From an uncultured delta proteobacterium (GTDB lineage Bacteria > Desulfobacterota > Desulfobacteria > Desulfobacterales > JAHEIW01), in NCBI GenBank assembly GCA_963706575.1, contig CAVPNL010000004.1, forward strand, positions 320,001 to 384,000: 64,000 nucleotides of DNA, read 5' to 3'. A model generated the notes under the pieces. It saw only the letters and a list, made by a program, of their open reading frames with translations. It did not search any database and was not told where the DNA came from. Shown one piece after another: positions 30,828 to 40,576 of the stretch (position 1 is its first letter; each line of letters opens with the position of its first letter). Made by a program: the position numbers and the translations under genes.

Positions 30828-31255
30828 GACTTTTTTCCTGCCTTTTTTAATGGGTGAGCATAATTTGCACGGTAATTTATTGGAATCCCCCAACAGGATA
30901 TAAAATCCCGTCAGGAGCCTGGCATGCATAATTTTAGTGGTTTCTCCATTGAATCTTTACCTGATTATTAGGTTAAATTTTAATGGAAACCAGTATCTAT
31001 TTCAGAGGGAAAATAACTTTTAGATTGGGAATCCGTTCAATGGGTAAGCAGGAATTTCAGAAAAGAAATTATGAGAACTAACAGTGAGTGTGAGAATCAG
31101 CTCCAATCGAGCACAATGTTAAATTTCAAATATTACAGGCACCATTCAATGTCAATGAAATTCAAAAACCGATACATTGATCACAATTTTGGTAATTTTA
31201 AAGATACCAGCGGTGCTAAATAAGATGCACGACATTTCACAGAAGGGGCAGTTTA

Positions 31256-31468
31256 TTATTCGTTGGACTTGACCGGCTTCACTTTGCCCACAGCATCGAG
31301 CCATCGGATCAGCAGGGATGGTGAAGAACGATACCAGTTATCTTTGAGATCATGGGCTGAGGGTGGAGCAACACGACACCAGGCACCGTCAGAGTACCGG
31401 ATTAAAGAAACGCCGTCTAAGACCATCCGAACACTGCCGTCACCATATTTAGAAACTCGTCGTGCCAT
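31256..31468 (-). CDS. Small hypothetical protein
   Basis: AGGAG RBS before ATG, 70 aa. Confidence 0.5.
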   Translation of the reverse strand: MARRVSKYGDGSVRMVLDGVSLIRYSDGAWCRVAPPSAHDLKDNWYRSSPSLLIRWLDAVGKVKPVKSNE

Positions 31469-31998
31469 TTTCGCGCTCCTGTTTAGGGGGGTGATTGAGG
31501 ATACATAAGGGACTTACATTTTAAGTTAATCAGTTCTTTTCAAATTACAAGGCTATAGCTGGGCGGTCGCCCGTTAATCCTTGCGGGCTGGGGTTCTTTT
31601 TTTTTACCTCACCAAGCCGCCTGACCCAATACCAAATAAAAAACCCTATCAGAAGTAACTGACAGGGCGATAAGCTCTTTGACAACCTGCTGTGACTGAG
31701 ACGCTTATGGATCATTCCCAATTCCCATTCTTGGTTGTGATATAAAAGCAATATCACAAGAATTTCGGGGATTCAAAAGTACTGATATGTTGGAAATATC
31801 AGCAGGTTTTATATCGTACTATTTGGAATAATCTATTAATGCGCATAGAGTGCATCGCAGGGAGGTGCAACTCTCTGCCCAGAGCCTTATGACTTCTAGC
31901 CTCTATGAGCATTTTTTTATATAGAAATTATGACTTTTCTTCTCAAAAAGTAATTGCTGCGAAGGTCGTATTTTTTATAATATTTACATAACTAAGAA

Positions 31999-32436
31999 TT
32001 ATTGCCATTTTGCCGCAGATGTAATTGATGAAGGGGTTCGAATTAGGTCTAATGAGGCTGATTCATTGTAAAGGGTGCCCCCTCCAATGTTTGGTCCCGG
32101 ATTCCATCTCAACCTTGACCCAACATTAGTATCTAAAGCTGCAAAAACATCTGCATCATTCGTATATCCATCACCAGAAATTTTCATGTTTGACCAAATT
32201 AAAGTTTCTCGGACATTTAGTTCTTTCACCGCTGTGGTTAATATCCTCTTGCTTGCAGTGGCGGTCAAATTATCATATTTTCTAATAGCTATAGAGCCGA
32301 TCACACCCAGTATTATCATGATTGAGATTAGTTCAATTAGGGTGAAGCCTTTTTGATTTCGTATGGAGCGCTTCCTTTGCACCTGTATTCCCAGTTGTGA
32401 GTGATAGATTCTTTGTTGCCTCAGAATATAGAACAT
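31999..32436 (-). CDS. Prepilin-type N-terminal cleavage/methylation protein (type IV pilin-like)
   Basis: NQKG|FTLIELISIMIILGVIG class III signal; exact start uncertain. Confidence 0.85.
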   Translation of the reverse strand: MFYILRQQRIYHSQLGIQVQRKRSIRNQKGFTLIELISIMIILGVIGSIAIRKYDNLTATASKRILTTAVKELNVRETLIWSNMKISGDGYTNDADVFAALDTNVGSRLRWNPGPNIGGGTLYNESASLDLIRTPSSITSAAKWQ

Positions 32437-32472
32437 AAATCAATTATTATCAGCGTGGAGATTTAGAATAAG

Positions 32473-32658
32473 TCATTTGGGGTTAGCACAATTTTGGTCT
32501 GATCTCCTTTCAGGAATGTGAATTGTATATGAAAATTTCCTCCTTTCCATTCCTAACCTCAGATCTTCGATTTCACTCCGAAACTCATTTGATTCCCTGT
32601 CTTCAAATACTTTGTTAGTTGAGTGCTTTGATTTATTTTTCGATTTCCCTGATGCCAT
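32473..32658 (-). CDS. Small Arg-motif protein (ERRKFSYTIHIPERRS)
   Basis: GGAG RBS before MASGK; repeated ERR motif. Confidence 0.55.
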   Translation of the reverse strand: MASGKSKNKSKHSTNKVFEDRESNEFRSEIEDLRLGMERRKFSYTIHIPERRSDQNCANPK

Positions 32659-33085
32659 TGTAGATCTCCGATTTGGAATATTTTCAAAAATTAAACACAT
32701 ATCCAAAAAGTAATATATTTGGATTTAACAGAAAGATTTAGAAAGAAGATATTCTACCTAAGAAAAGTATTTTATCATGTCAAGAAGAATATTCAACAAT
32801 TAAAATATGTTATGTAATTTGCTGCACATTTTTATGAAAAAATATACTACTTTGGTATTGATATTTATTATCAAAAATATTTAATTTCGAGAATAATTTG
32901 AGGCTTGAGCACTTTGCATTAGGCAATGCTAATGATGGGACTGTAGAGATTTTTATATTGTAAGAGAAGAGAAAAATTTTACACTAAAGGTTTTTTGGAC
33001 AAAGATTTCAAATTTGCTGGTTGCAGATATATTGAGAATATCACCAAAACAGGGAAGTTGTGATATCATCATTCCTTGTGCCAGA

Positions 33086-33850
33086 TTAAAAGTTTCGTTC
33101 TTGCCTTATTTTTTCATAACTTTCCTGAATTTCACGGAAGCGGTCTGAGGCAAATTCGATAAATTCTTCCGGAAGTCCTTTTGAGATAATGGTATCAGGA
33201 TGAAAGTCTTTTACCAATTTTTTGTAATTGGATTTGATTTCCTCTTTTGTTGACTCAGGCGTACAGTTGAGGATCTTATAATGTTTATCAAGGCCTTTGA
33301 AATAAACCGCTTTTACATCTTCATATTGTTTATCACTGATGTGAAAAATCTCTTTAATTCTCTTTAAAGCGGTTTCTTCTGCTGAATGTAACGTGCCGTC
33401 GGCCGCAGCAATCCTAAATAGGAGATCAAAATACGTGAGTAGTAGTGTAGGTTGGTTTTTTACCACCTGATACAACTGGATTGCAAAATCATCAATCTGG
33501 TAGGGTGAATTTTTGGCTTCGTTGAACACTTGCCGAGCAAACTGCTTTTCTGTTTCGTCAATAGGCAACCCATTAATAAAATCCTGAACGACTGCAATCT
33601 CATCTTTGGTTACCACACCATCTATTTTGGAAAGCTTGCCCAGGATTGAAAACAAACTGATAAAAAAAGCAGCTTGAGTCTTTTCAGCATACGCAAATTC
33701 CGGTTGCGGTATTGCATGAGCATTCTGCCTTACGAAATCCGTCTTTTTGTCAATCAGGGCATGCCCCAGTGCTGCTCCGGCGATGGCTCCAAGAGGTCCA
33801 CCAAACAGCATTCCCAATGATCCGAATGTTATCTTTCCAAACCAACCCAT
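33086..33850 (-). CDS. djlA: DjlA-like co-chaperone (TerB-like plus C-terminal J domain)
   Basis: GGPLGAIAGAALGH N-terminus, KIDG/AADG motifs, HPD motif. Confidence 0.9.
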   Translation of the reverse strand: MGWFGKITFGSLGMLFGGPLGAIAGAALGHALIDKKTDFVRQNAHAIPQPEFAYAEKTQAAFFISLFSILGKLSKIDGVVTKDEIAVVQDFINGLPIDETEKQFARQVFNEAKNSPYQIDDFAIQLYQVVKNQPTLLLTYFDLLFRIAAADGTLHSAEETALKRIKEIFHISDKQYEDVKAVYFKGLDKHYKILNCTPESTKEEIKSNYKKLVKDFHPDTIISKGLPEEFIEFASDRFREIQESYEKIRQERNF

Positions 33851-34467
33851 TGAAATTCTCCTTTATAATAAACAGCTCAGTATATTTTCTGGAATTTATT
33901 AACTGAAAAAAAAATTGTGGTCAAGAACTTGAAATGAAGAATCAAAGAGGTTGATGCTTTGTTGCTTTTTTTGATTACAATATTCATGTTGCAATTAAAT
34001 GAAATATCCTTTGCAGGTTGGTCAATCACAAATCCATTCTTTTCTGGGAATATCATTTTGTAAGATTGTATGCCTACCTGCACCATTCAGTGTACCCATT
34101 AAATCGTTAGATTACAAAATGAGACATGATCAGTTTAACTAATTGATTTAATTACGTTTTATGTCGATTTAATTAAATGAGCCTTTATTTAAGCTGCTGG
34201 AACCAATAACTTTGATGCTTGCCAGAAAATAAGCCTGTTTATAGAGGGTTGCATCGAGAAAAGCTTCATCGGTTTCGGTCTGCGTAAGGGTATTCGGAAA
34301 GGCTGGTGGAGCCGATAGACGCTGAATCCACAATTTTGGTGATTCAAAACCTTTGATATGTTGGAGGTACAACAGGAAAGACTATACAACTATGATATAA
34401 ACTGTAAACTTTCAAAGTGAGCACTCACTTGAAGTGATTCTTGCCCTTGGGGTGTAGCTATTGTCGC

Positions 34468-34569
34468 TTATTTAGGTTTCCACTGGCCAATCTGCTTCAT
34501 AATAATTCTATAAATAACGTATGCAATCCCGACAATGATAACAAAGACCAATAAAGCCTTGAATCCCAT
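34468..34569 (-). CDS. 33-aa single-pass membrane peptide (not in ORF track)
   Basis: GGGGGG RBS; MGFKALLVFVIIVGIAYVIYRIIMKQIGQWKPK*; directly downstream of the riboswitch. Confidence 0.65.
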   Translation of the reverse strand: MGFKALLVFVIIVGIAYVIYRIIMKQIGQWKPK

Positions 34570-34626
34570 TTTAGTCCCCCCTAACTGTTGCCTGATCTCA
34601 ATGTTAAGGCTTTACTGCACCATAAC

Positions 34627-34668
34627 CAAAAAAGCCGAGCCACCTTGTCTCCCAAGGTAACCCGGCTT
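34627..34668 (-). terminator. Riboswitch expression-platform terminator
   Basis: aagccgggttaccttg-ggaga-caaggtggctcggctttttt. Confidence 0.85.
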
Positions 34669-34682
34669 CCTGTCCGACAACT

Positions 34683-34757
34683 AGGCAACCCGGCTATCTC
34701 TTTGAGATCCGTGGCTTTCCGTCCCCTTCTCACAAAGGGTTTGGCTTTATCGTGGGG
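34683..34757 (-). ncRNA. c-di-GMP-I (GEMM-I) riboswitch
   Basis: AAAGCCAAACCC-TTTGTGAGAAG-GGGACGGAAAGCCACGGATCTC-AAA-GAGATAGCCGGGTTGCC fits the GEMM-I pattern. Confidence 0.9.
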
Positions 34758-34807
34758 TAATTTGTTTTTTTATAGAGAATTAATTTACAATAATTTCTCT
34801 AATTTTT

Positions 34808-34834
34808 ATATCGGTATTTTTAAAATTAACTTTA
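34808..34834 (-). promoter_or_regulatory. Sigma28 (FliA)-type promoter
   Basis: TAAA-N15-ACCGATAT versus consensus TAAA-N15-GCCGATAA. Confidence 0.65.
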
Positions 34835-34878
34835 GGAAAATTTAATAATTCTCGTTCATTTTATCAACTAGGAATTAT

Positions 34879-35706
34879 TTGCTAACCAAACAATGCTATC
34901 TAACCTCCCCTGAAATTCCGACTGCTATTTCTGAACTAAATGAAGTAATAGCCAATCCACTTTCTTCAGCTCAAGATATCGCGGATGTGGTAAACAATAG
35001 TCCCAGTTTAGCGGCAATCTTGCTAAAAATTGTCAATTCAACAATTTATAGCTGTCCTTCAAGAATCGACAACATATCACAGGCGGTAACATTAATTGGA
35101 ACAAAAGAAATTTATGGGTTAGCCCTTTACACCAGTGTAATCTCAATTTTTAATAAGATTCCAAAAGAAATAATAAATATGAATGCATTTTTAAGGCATA
35201 GTATTGCCTGTAGTATAATTGCCCGGACTTTAGCAACCCATAAGAATTTGCCTCAAATCGAGCAATTATTCGTATCCGGACTGCTGCATGACCTGGGTCG
35301 TGTGCTTCTTTATATCTATTTCCCTGAAGATTCGCTCAATATTTTGAGCTATAGCCGAGAATCAGATAAATTACTTTATGAGGCAGAAAATGAATACTTA
35401 GGCTGTAACCATACTCATTTTGCAAAGTATCTGATGCAAAATTGGAAACTGCCCCTGACATTAGAAAATAATGTCTTTTATCACCACAATCCTTCGGCGG
35501 CTCAGCATTCAATTCCCGCTACTATAGTGCATCTGGCAGACATTATTGCTAACGGATTGGGATTGGGCAGCAGTGGCGAGCGATTTATTCCTCCCCTTGA
35601 TTATAAGGCGTGGGAGGATCTTGGTTTAGCACCTAGCTCTTTTGAAGTTACCGTCAAACAGGCAATTCATCAATTAAATTCTTTTGAAATTACAATATTT
35701 GATTAA
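34879..35706 (+). CDS. HDOD domain protein, probably 5'-truncated
   Basis: LLKIVNS, RHSIAC, GLLHDLGR, WKLP, YHH; no good RBS or start. Confidence 0.8.
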   Translation: MLTKQCYLTSPEIPTAISELNEVIANPLSSAQDIADVVNNSPSLAAILLKIVNSTIYSCPSRIDNISQAVTLIGTKEIYGLALYTSVISIFNKIPKEIINMNAFLRHSIACSIIARTLATHKNLPQIEQLFVSGLLHDLGRVLLYIYFPEDSLNILSYSRESDKLLYEAENEYLGCNHTHFAKYLMQNWKLPLTLENNVFYHHNPSAAQHSIPATIVHLADIIANGLGLGSSGERFIPPLDYKAWEDLGLAPSSFEVTVKQAIHQLNSFEITIFD

Positions 35707-35811
35707 GGTAATAATTTCCTAACTGAATAAGAATTCTCTCAATTAAGCCCAGCAGATCAGGAACGATATTTAAGGAATGGATAAAAACACCAATCTACAA
35801 AGATAAAAATT

Positions 35812-36180
35812 ATGGATGTCAAAGCAGCTCAGAGAGAGCTTAAATCATGTGAACAACACCTTGCGGATATTCGAGAAATCATGATCTCAAAGGAAGCCAA
35901 CCTGAATCAATTAAAAGCAAAAAGGATTCAAATTGAGAACAATCTGCCGAGTCTTTTTGAAAAAGTGGCTTTGGGAGAAATTCCTTCCGAACAGCTTGAA
36001 CAAGCAAAGGAGAAACTCAAAGATTTGAAGAGGCAGCTATTTGAAATTCCCATCCTGCTGAAGGGCCTTAAATCAGAGGAACCTCAGTATATTGAAAGGA
36101 TATCGAAGGCGAAACGAATAATTATATCGACAGGGGTAAAAGGCGATGTGAAGAGCTCAAAGAAAATCTGCAAAAGATAA
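35812..36180 (+). CDS. Coiled-coil hypothetical protein
   Basis: 122-aa ORF, heptad-like K/E/L composition. Confidence 0.55.
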   Translation: MDVKAAQRELKSCEQHLADIREIMISKEANLNQLKAKRIQIENNLPSLFEKVALGEIPSEQLEQAKEKLKDLKRQLFEIPILLKGLKSEEPQYIERISKAKRIIISTGVKGDVKSSKKICKR

Positions 36181-36222
36181 GAAATAAGATTTCAGCTGAT
36201 TGCGGCTTTAGGACAATAAAAA

Positions 36223-36257
36223 GGGTAGCCGCGTCCGACTGCATGCGTTTGTTAGAA
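36223..36257 (-). mobile_element. Truncated or degenerate integron attC site
   Basis: TTCTAAC-aaacgcatgcagtcggacgcggctaccc just after the cassette stop; right arm and GTTRRRY not recognisable. Confidence 0.65.
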
Positions 36258-36263
36258 GAATAG

Positions 36264-36662
36264 CTATTGTTCGACATATATCGCTTTGCCGGTCACAGAC
36301 TTTGCGGTTACGGGAATAGTGTATAAGTATCCAGTTCCGTATCCGCCCACAACATTAGAGTTGTGGGTGCCCGTAGATTCGATTAGCACACCATTTGCTC
36401 CAAGTTTTGCCGCTTGATTTTTGAGTTCTTGTACAGCGTAGTCTACCGAGCCTTGTTCGGTCCAACCTGCGTCACTTGAAGCATTTACTATCCCAATAAT
36501 TTCATAAGATTCTGGGATCTCTAAATACAATTTAACCTGACTAGGGTCTATAGGATCTCTAACTTCACCCACTACAATCGAAGAACCAGTCCCAGTCGCA
36601 CAACCTGCCAAGAATATTATTGTAAAAAGAACAGTATTCTTAAGCGATAAAGTTCGTTGCAT
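36264..36662 (-). CDS. Lipoprotein, integron gene cassette
   Basis: Lipobox LAGC, LKNQAAKLGANGVL motif; bounded by G|TTAGAA and TTCTAAC. Confidence 0.85.
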   Translation of the reverse strand: MQRTLSLKNTVLFTIIFLAGCATGTGSSIVVGEVRDPIDPSQVKLYLEIPESYEIIGIVNASSDAGWTEQGSVDYAVQELKNQAAKLGANGVLIESTGTHNSNVVGGYGTGYLYTIPVTAKSVTGKAIYVEQ

Positions 36663-36683
36663 TGGCTATTACTCCTTTTCTGA

Positions 36684-36744
36684 TTCTAACGACAAAAGCT
36701 AAGCGGCGCCTTTTTTTGGCGTCCGCTTCAGCGACTTGTTAGGT
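36684..36744 (-). mobile_element. Complete integron attC site (61 bp)
   Basis: ACCTAAC-aagtc-gctGaagcggAcgcc-aaaaaaa-ggcgccgcttagc-ttttgtc-GTTAGAA, with two extrahelical bases on the 5' arm. Confidence 0.88.
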
Positions 36745-36787
36745 GGAAAGCTGTTGCCCCCAGGCTGGGATTCAGGGCCCGCAACTG

Positions 36788-37783
36788 TTACTGGTTGACC
36801 GCCGCCATCCCTTCAGGCGAGTATCGATCCCCGAGCACCTGATCTGCCAATTCATTGAGCGTAGCTCGATTCTCCTCTGTGAGGCGACAGTCAAGTGCCC
36901 CCAGGTTGGTCTGGAGATTGGCGAGCTTGGTCGTGCCTGGAATGGCTACAACATGATCTCCTTGGTCCAACACCCAGGCCAAAGCAACCTGCGCTGCCAC
37001 GCACCCCTTTTGGGCAGCAATCTCCTTGATCGCCTCCACCAGTTTGAGGTTAGACTCGAAATTTCCCGGCTGAAACCGAGGCTGCATCTGGGCCCGGAAA
37101 TCAGTCTCGCTGGTGGGCCGATCGCTGGTTGAGGTGTAGCGGCCGGTCAGCATTCCCCTGCCTAAGGGCGCGTAGGCTACCAAGCTGATGCCAAGCTCTA
37201 CACATGTGGGGAGTATGTCCTTCTCAATATCACGGCTAAATATCGAGTACTCGGTCTGAAGGGCGGCAATGGGATGAACAGCATGTGCCCGCTCAATCGT
37301 CCTGGCTGAAGCCTCTGACAAGCCAACAGCCCCGATCTTGCCCTCTTGAACTAACTTCGCCATCTCACCCACTGTATCCTCGATCTGCGTGGCCGGATCA
37401 ACACGGTGGAGATAATACAGGTCAATCTTTTCGGTACCCAGACGCTTAAGACTCTTTTCACAAGAGTTCCGGACATTGGCCGGAGAGCCGTCCACTCCCA
37501 CGAAGGCGCCCGTGGCCGGGTCACGTTGGGGACCAAACTTGGTCGCCAGAACAATTTGGTCCCAACGTCCGGCGAAAGCCTTACCCAGTAGTTGCTCATT
37601 GCGTCCTTGGCCGTAGATTTCCGCGGTATCAAAATGAGTGATACCCAGATCTACGGCCCGGTGGAGTAGATTGATGGCCTCCGACTCTTGCGTGGGTTCC
37701 CCGTAAAACTCGGAAAGTCCCATACATCCAAGTCCAACGGCCGATACTGAAATCCCTGATTGCCCAAGATTACGTGACAACAT
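36788..37783 (-). CDS. Aldo/keto reductase, integron gene cassette
   Basis: GLGCMG, FDTAEIYG, LATKFG, IDLYYLHR, IPGTTK; cassette starts G|TTAGGT at 37842. Confidence 0.93.
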   Translation of the reverse strand: MLSRNLGQSGISVSAVGLGCMGLSEFYGEPTQESEAINLLHRAVDLGITHFDTAEIYGQGRNEQLLGKAFAGRWDQIVLATKFGPQRDPATGAFVGVDGSPANVRNSCEKSLKRLGTEKIDLYYLHRVDPATQIEDTVGEMAKLVQEGKIGAVGLSEASARTIERAHAVHPIAALQTEYSIFSRDIEKDILPTCVELGISLVAYAPLGRGMLTGRYTSTSDRPTSETDFRAQMQPRFQPGNFESNLKLVEAIKEIAAQKGCVAAQVALAWVLDQGDHVVAIPGTTKLANLQTNLGALDCRLTEENRATLNELADQVLGDRYSPEGMAAVNQ

Positions 37784-37835
37784 AACGCCTCCTTTACCTT
37801 TAAATCTATACTTGATCTCTAGTCCCTCATTTAGC

Positions 37836-37855
37836 ACCTAACAGTTATGTTAGAT
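37836..37855 (-). mobile_element. attI-like or collapsed attC recombination site
   Basis: ATCTAAC-ATAACT-GTTAGGT; GTTAGGT is complementary to the ACCTAAC of the downstream attC. Confidence 0.6.
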
Positions 37856-38248
37856 GGAAAATTTTCCATCTATTGTGATAGGTGGATTCAAATTCAAATT
37901 GCACCATATAATTTCATGCCAACCTGAATTTTTACGAATCAGCTTCTCACTTTTCTTTGCCAATTTATTCGCTTTCCAAGCACATTCACTGATATTTATA
38001 TGGTTTTGGTTACCTCTATTTCTGTCCGGATCAGTTACCCCCGCCGCCATAGTCATTATTAATGTTTTTGAACCAGAAGAATGCGTTTCAAAAAAGTCTT
38101 TAAAAACTATATTAAATGCGTTTGCTGCAGTTGACCTATGAACACCCCATCCCCACGATTGAGCATTTTGTACAAATATGATGGTCAATAAAATATTTGT
38201 AACAGCCAAAAATACAAATAGATTAATAATTTTCTTGGCTTTTATCAT
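37850..38248 (-). pseudogene. Truncated secreted protein with Zn-dependent phospholipase C / S1-P1-like N-terminus
   Basis: Signal peptide then WGWGVH and DPD motifs; ends abruptly at the recombination site. Confidence 0.5.
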
Positions 38249-38436
38249 TTAAAAATCCCCTATTGGCTTCTAATATCACAGCGAAAAGGAATGTGGTGAG
38301 ATATATTGAGATAAACACAACTATCACAATTTTACAGATATGCAAAAATATCACAACTTCTGGAGGCCAGTCAATTTTGCCGATATGTTGGTATCTGCAA
38401 TCCTGTGAGAAAGATTACATTATCAATTAACAACTT

Positions 38437-39150
38437 TTACCTATGGTCAATTGTAAACGTCTTAGCAAAGAAATTTTCCGCGTTAATCTGAACTGCAAAT
38501 TTATCTAATTCAGGGAATTCTTTCTTTCCATTAACAATTTGAGCTCTCACGGGCCCAAGGCTTAGATGTGGGCGTTCAGCTGTTGTGGTAAGTTTTTTGT
38601 GACGTTTTTTTTGAAGTTTTATCTCATCAATAATACTTTCTATGAATTTTGGTTTTTTTAAGGTTTCTGCCGATTCGTAAGAGCGATATAAATGCTCTAA
38701 TTCTGACAGCCGTTGGTTAGATGCTATAAGATAAAACCTCTCCAGTCCAACAGATTCATCCAATTCAAGCGCGAAGCTACCTTTTGGGATGTAGTATTTT
38801 TTAGACACTTTATAATCTGTCAAAAATTGGCTAAGGTTGTATGGAAACATCATGTATAATTCACCCTTGGAACTATAATAAAAAACGTATACAAAACAAT
38901 TCTGATTTAATTGAATGCGCATCTTTAATAGATCGCCAGATTTTAATTCCGTATCTCGGGTTATTCCAATAAGCTCCTGATTATTCTCAGGCCCGACGAT
39001 GGCGCCGAATGCCCATGAAAAACAGACTTTGCCAGTACATCCTTGTTCAGCTCTTGCATATTCAAGCAGGTAGAAAAGCATAATACAAGCCAATGTGATT
39101 TGAATTAAAATTTTGGATGAACAAAGTCGTTTCATATAATTATTTACCAA
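38437..39150 (-). CDS. Secreted DUF4384-like protein
   Basis: Signal peptide, LKSGD, YVYVF...GELYMMFP, GLERFYLIAS; start uncertain. Confidence 0.7.
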   Translation of the reverse strand: MVNNYMKRLCSSKILIQITLACIMLFYLLEYARAEQGCTGKVCFSWAFGAIVGPENNQELIGITRDTELKSGDLLKMRIQLNQNCFVYVFYYSSKGELYMMFPYNLSQFLTDYKVSKKYYIPKGSFALELDESVGLERFYLIASNQRLSELEHLYRSYESAETLKKPKFIESIIDEIKLQKKRHKKLTTTAERPHLSLGPVRAQIVNGKKEFPELDKFAVQINAENFFAKTFTIDHR

Positions 39151-39209
39151 TGCTTAAAGAAGCATATATGGAGGTCGTCTCTACTTCACATTTTTTTTGC
39201 ATTATTTTT

Positions 39210-40358
39210 TTATTCTTGTCGCCTACCTTTTATTAATCCGCGGGCGAAGACATTTTGACCTTCTGCAGTGCCTTCAAAAGATTGACCATCTGAAGAAATT
39301 TGCAATTTAATAAACCATGACTGCGCATCCTCTAATTTTCCCTTGAAATTACTTCCGACAACACTTCCCTCAATTTCATATGCAGAATATTTGGTGGATA
39401 CTACCGTGTTGTCACTTTGCTTTAAAACCCATGTGCCTTGTACAAAGCGGAATCCTTCAACTTTCCATTTTCCGCCCCATGGTTCGACATTGCGTTTATT
39501 ATCATCAGAAATCGAAGCCATTTGAGTTTCAGATGCACTTTCTGGAGGAATTTGTGATTTTTTACCTGCTTCAGATTTAGAGGTGCTTTTATTCGAGTTG
39601 AAATAAAAATCTCCCATCAAGGATGAAGATTCCCACGGGATTTGGCGACCATTGGTCTGTCTGGCCACATCGATTCTAACGCGTTTTAAGACTTGCTCAA
39701 TCAACAAATTGGGCGTCATCATATGTTTAATCAAGTGCTTTGTAAAAATGCCGTTTCTATCAGGGCCATCGGCGGCAACCTCGCCCGGAGCGGTTGAATA
39801 GACAATCAGAGAACCGGCGGGCGCATCCATGCGTGCCAGGCCGCTTTGATCGGATCGAAAAGCTCTGGCGTAAGGATTGTGGCGGCAGGCATCCAGTATC
39901 ACGATATTTAGCCGGTTTTCAGCGTCCTTCATCTTTCCCAGTATCCAGCCGGCATCTACGGCTTCGTATTTGACATCGGCTTCGGATTCAATTTTGGCAT
40001 CAACAGGCATAAGATAATTACGTCCCTCTACCTGGACCCCATGCCCAGCAAAATAAAATAACCCAACACCGCCATTTCTCAGTTGCCGGCCGAAATGGCG
40101 GATGCTGTCTTCCATGGTTCTCTGATCCACATTTTTCTTGAGAATGACTTTAAAGCCTAACTTTTTGAGAGTTGCCGCCATATCCTCGGCATCGTTTATA
40201 GGATTTTTAAGTGGTGCGGTCTGATAGGCGCCGTTGCCGATAACAAGAGCAAGTCGGTCTACTTTCAGTTTGATTCCACGCTCTTGTGCAGCTTGGGCAA
40301 CAGCTGCGCAGAGCAAAAGCAGGGATGAAACAAGGACTGTGAATTTCCTATGTGTCAT
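39210..40358 (-). CDS. Secreted caspase-family (peptidase C14) protein
   Basis: ALVIGNGAY, LKNPINDA, YFAGHG (His), ILDACR (Cys), QIPW; signal peptide. Confidence 0.92.
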   Translation of the reverse strand: MTHRKFTVLVSSLLLLCAAVAQAAQERGIKLKVDRLALVIGNGAYQTAPLKNPINDAEDMAATLKKLGFKVILKKNVDQRTMEDSIRHFGRQLRNGGVGLFYFAGHGVQVEGRNYLMPVDAKIESEADVKYEAVDAGWILGKMKDAENRLNIVILDACRHNPYARAFRSDQSGLARMDAPAGSLIVYSTAPGEVAADGPDRNGIFTKHLIKHMMTPNLLIEQVLKRVRIDVARQTNGRQIPWESSSLMGDFYFNSNKSTSKSEAGKKSQIPPESASETQMASISDDNKRNVEPWGGKWKVEGFRFVQGTWVLKQSDNTVVSTKYSAYEIEGSVVGSNFKGKLEDAQSWFIKLQISSDGQSFEGTAEGQNVFARGLIKGRRQE

Positions 40359-40468
40359 TCTAAAGTCCTTTTCATTTACTAATAATGAGGAGGGCGCTTG
40401 TTAAAACCACATTATTTTACCCAATATTTTATGTCAAATCTAATTTCTATGAAGTTTGGATACATTGA

Positions 40469-40576
40469 GAGACTGTCGAAAAAGCCCAAAAGTGGCAATT
40501 TTAGCAATTCCGCATATAATAAAGTCAACAGCTTACAATCACCAAATTTACAAGTTTAGGGTTTTTCGACAGTCTC
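40469..40576. mobile_element. MITE family C (108 bp) with 3-bp TGA target duplication
   Basis: TIRs gagactgtcgaaaaa ... tttttcgacagtctc, flanked by tga on both sides. Confidence 0.8.

Noticed and set aside
33877..34389. Short ORFs between djlA and the riboswitch peptide
   Set aside because: No convincing RBS or recognisable motifs; cannot be supported.
37830..37855. Chromosomal dif site
   Set aside because: XerD-like arm only; no XerC arm at 6-bp spacing.
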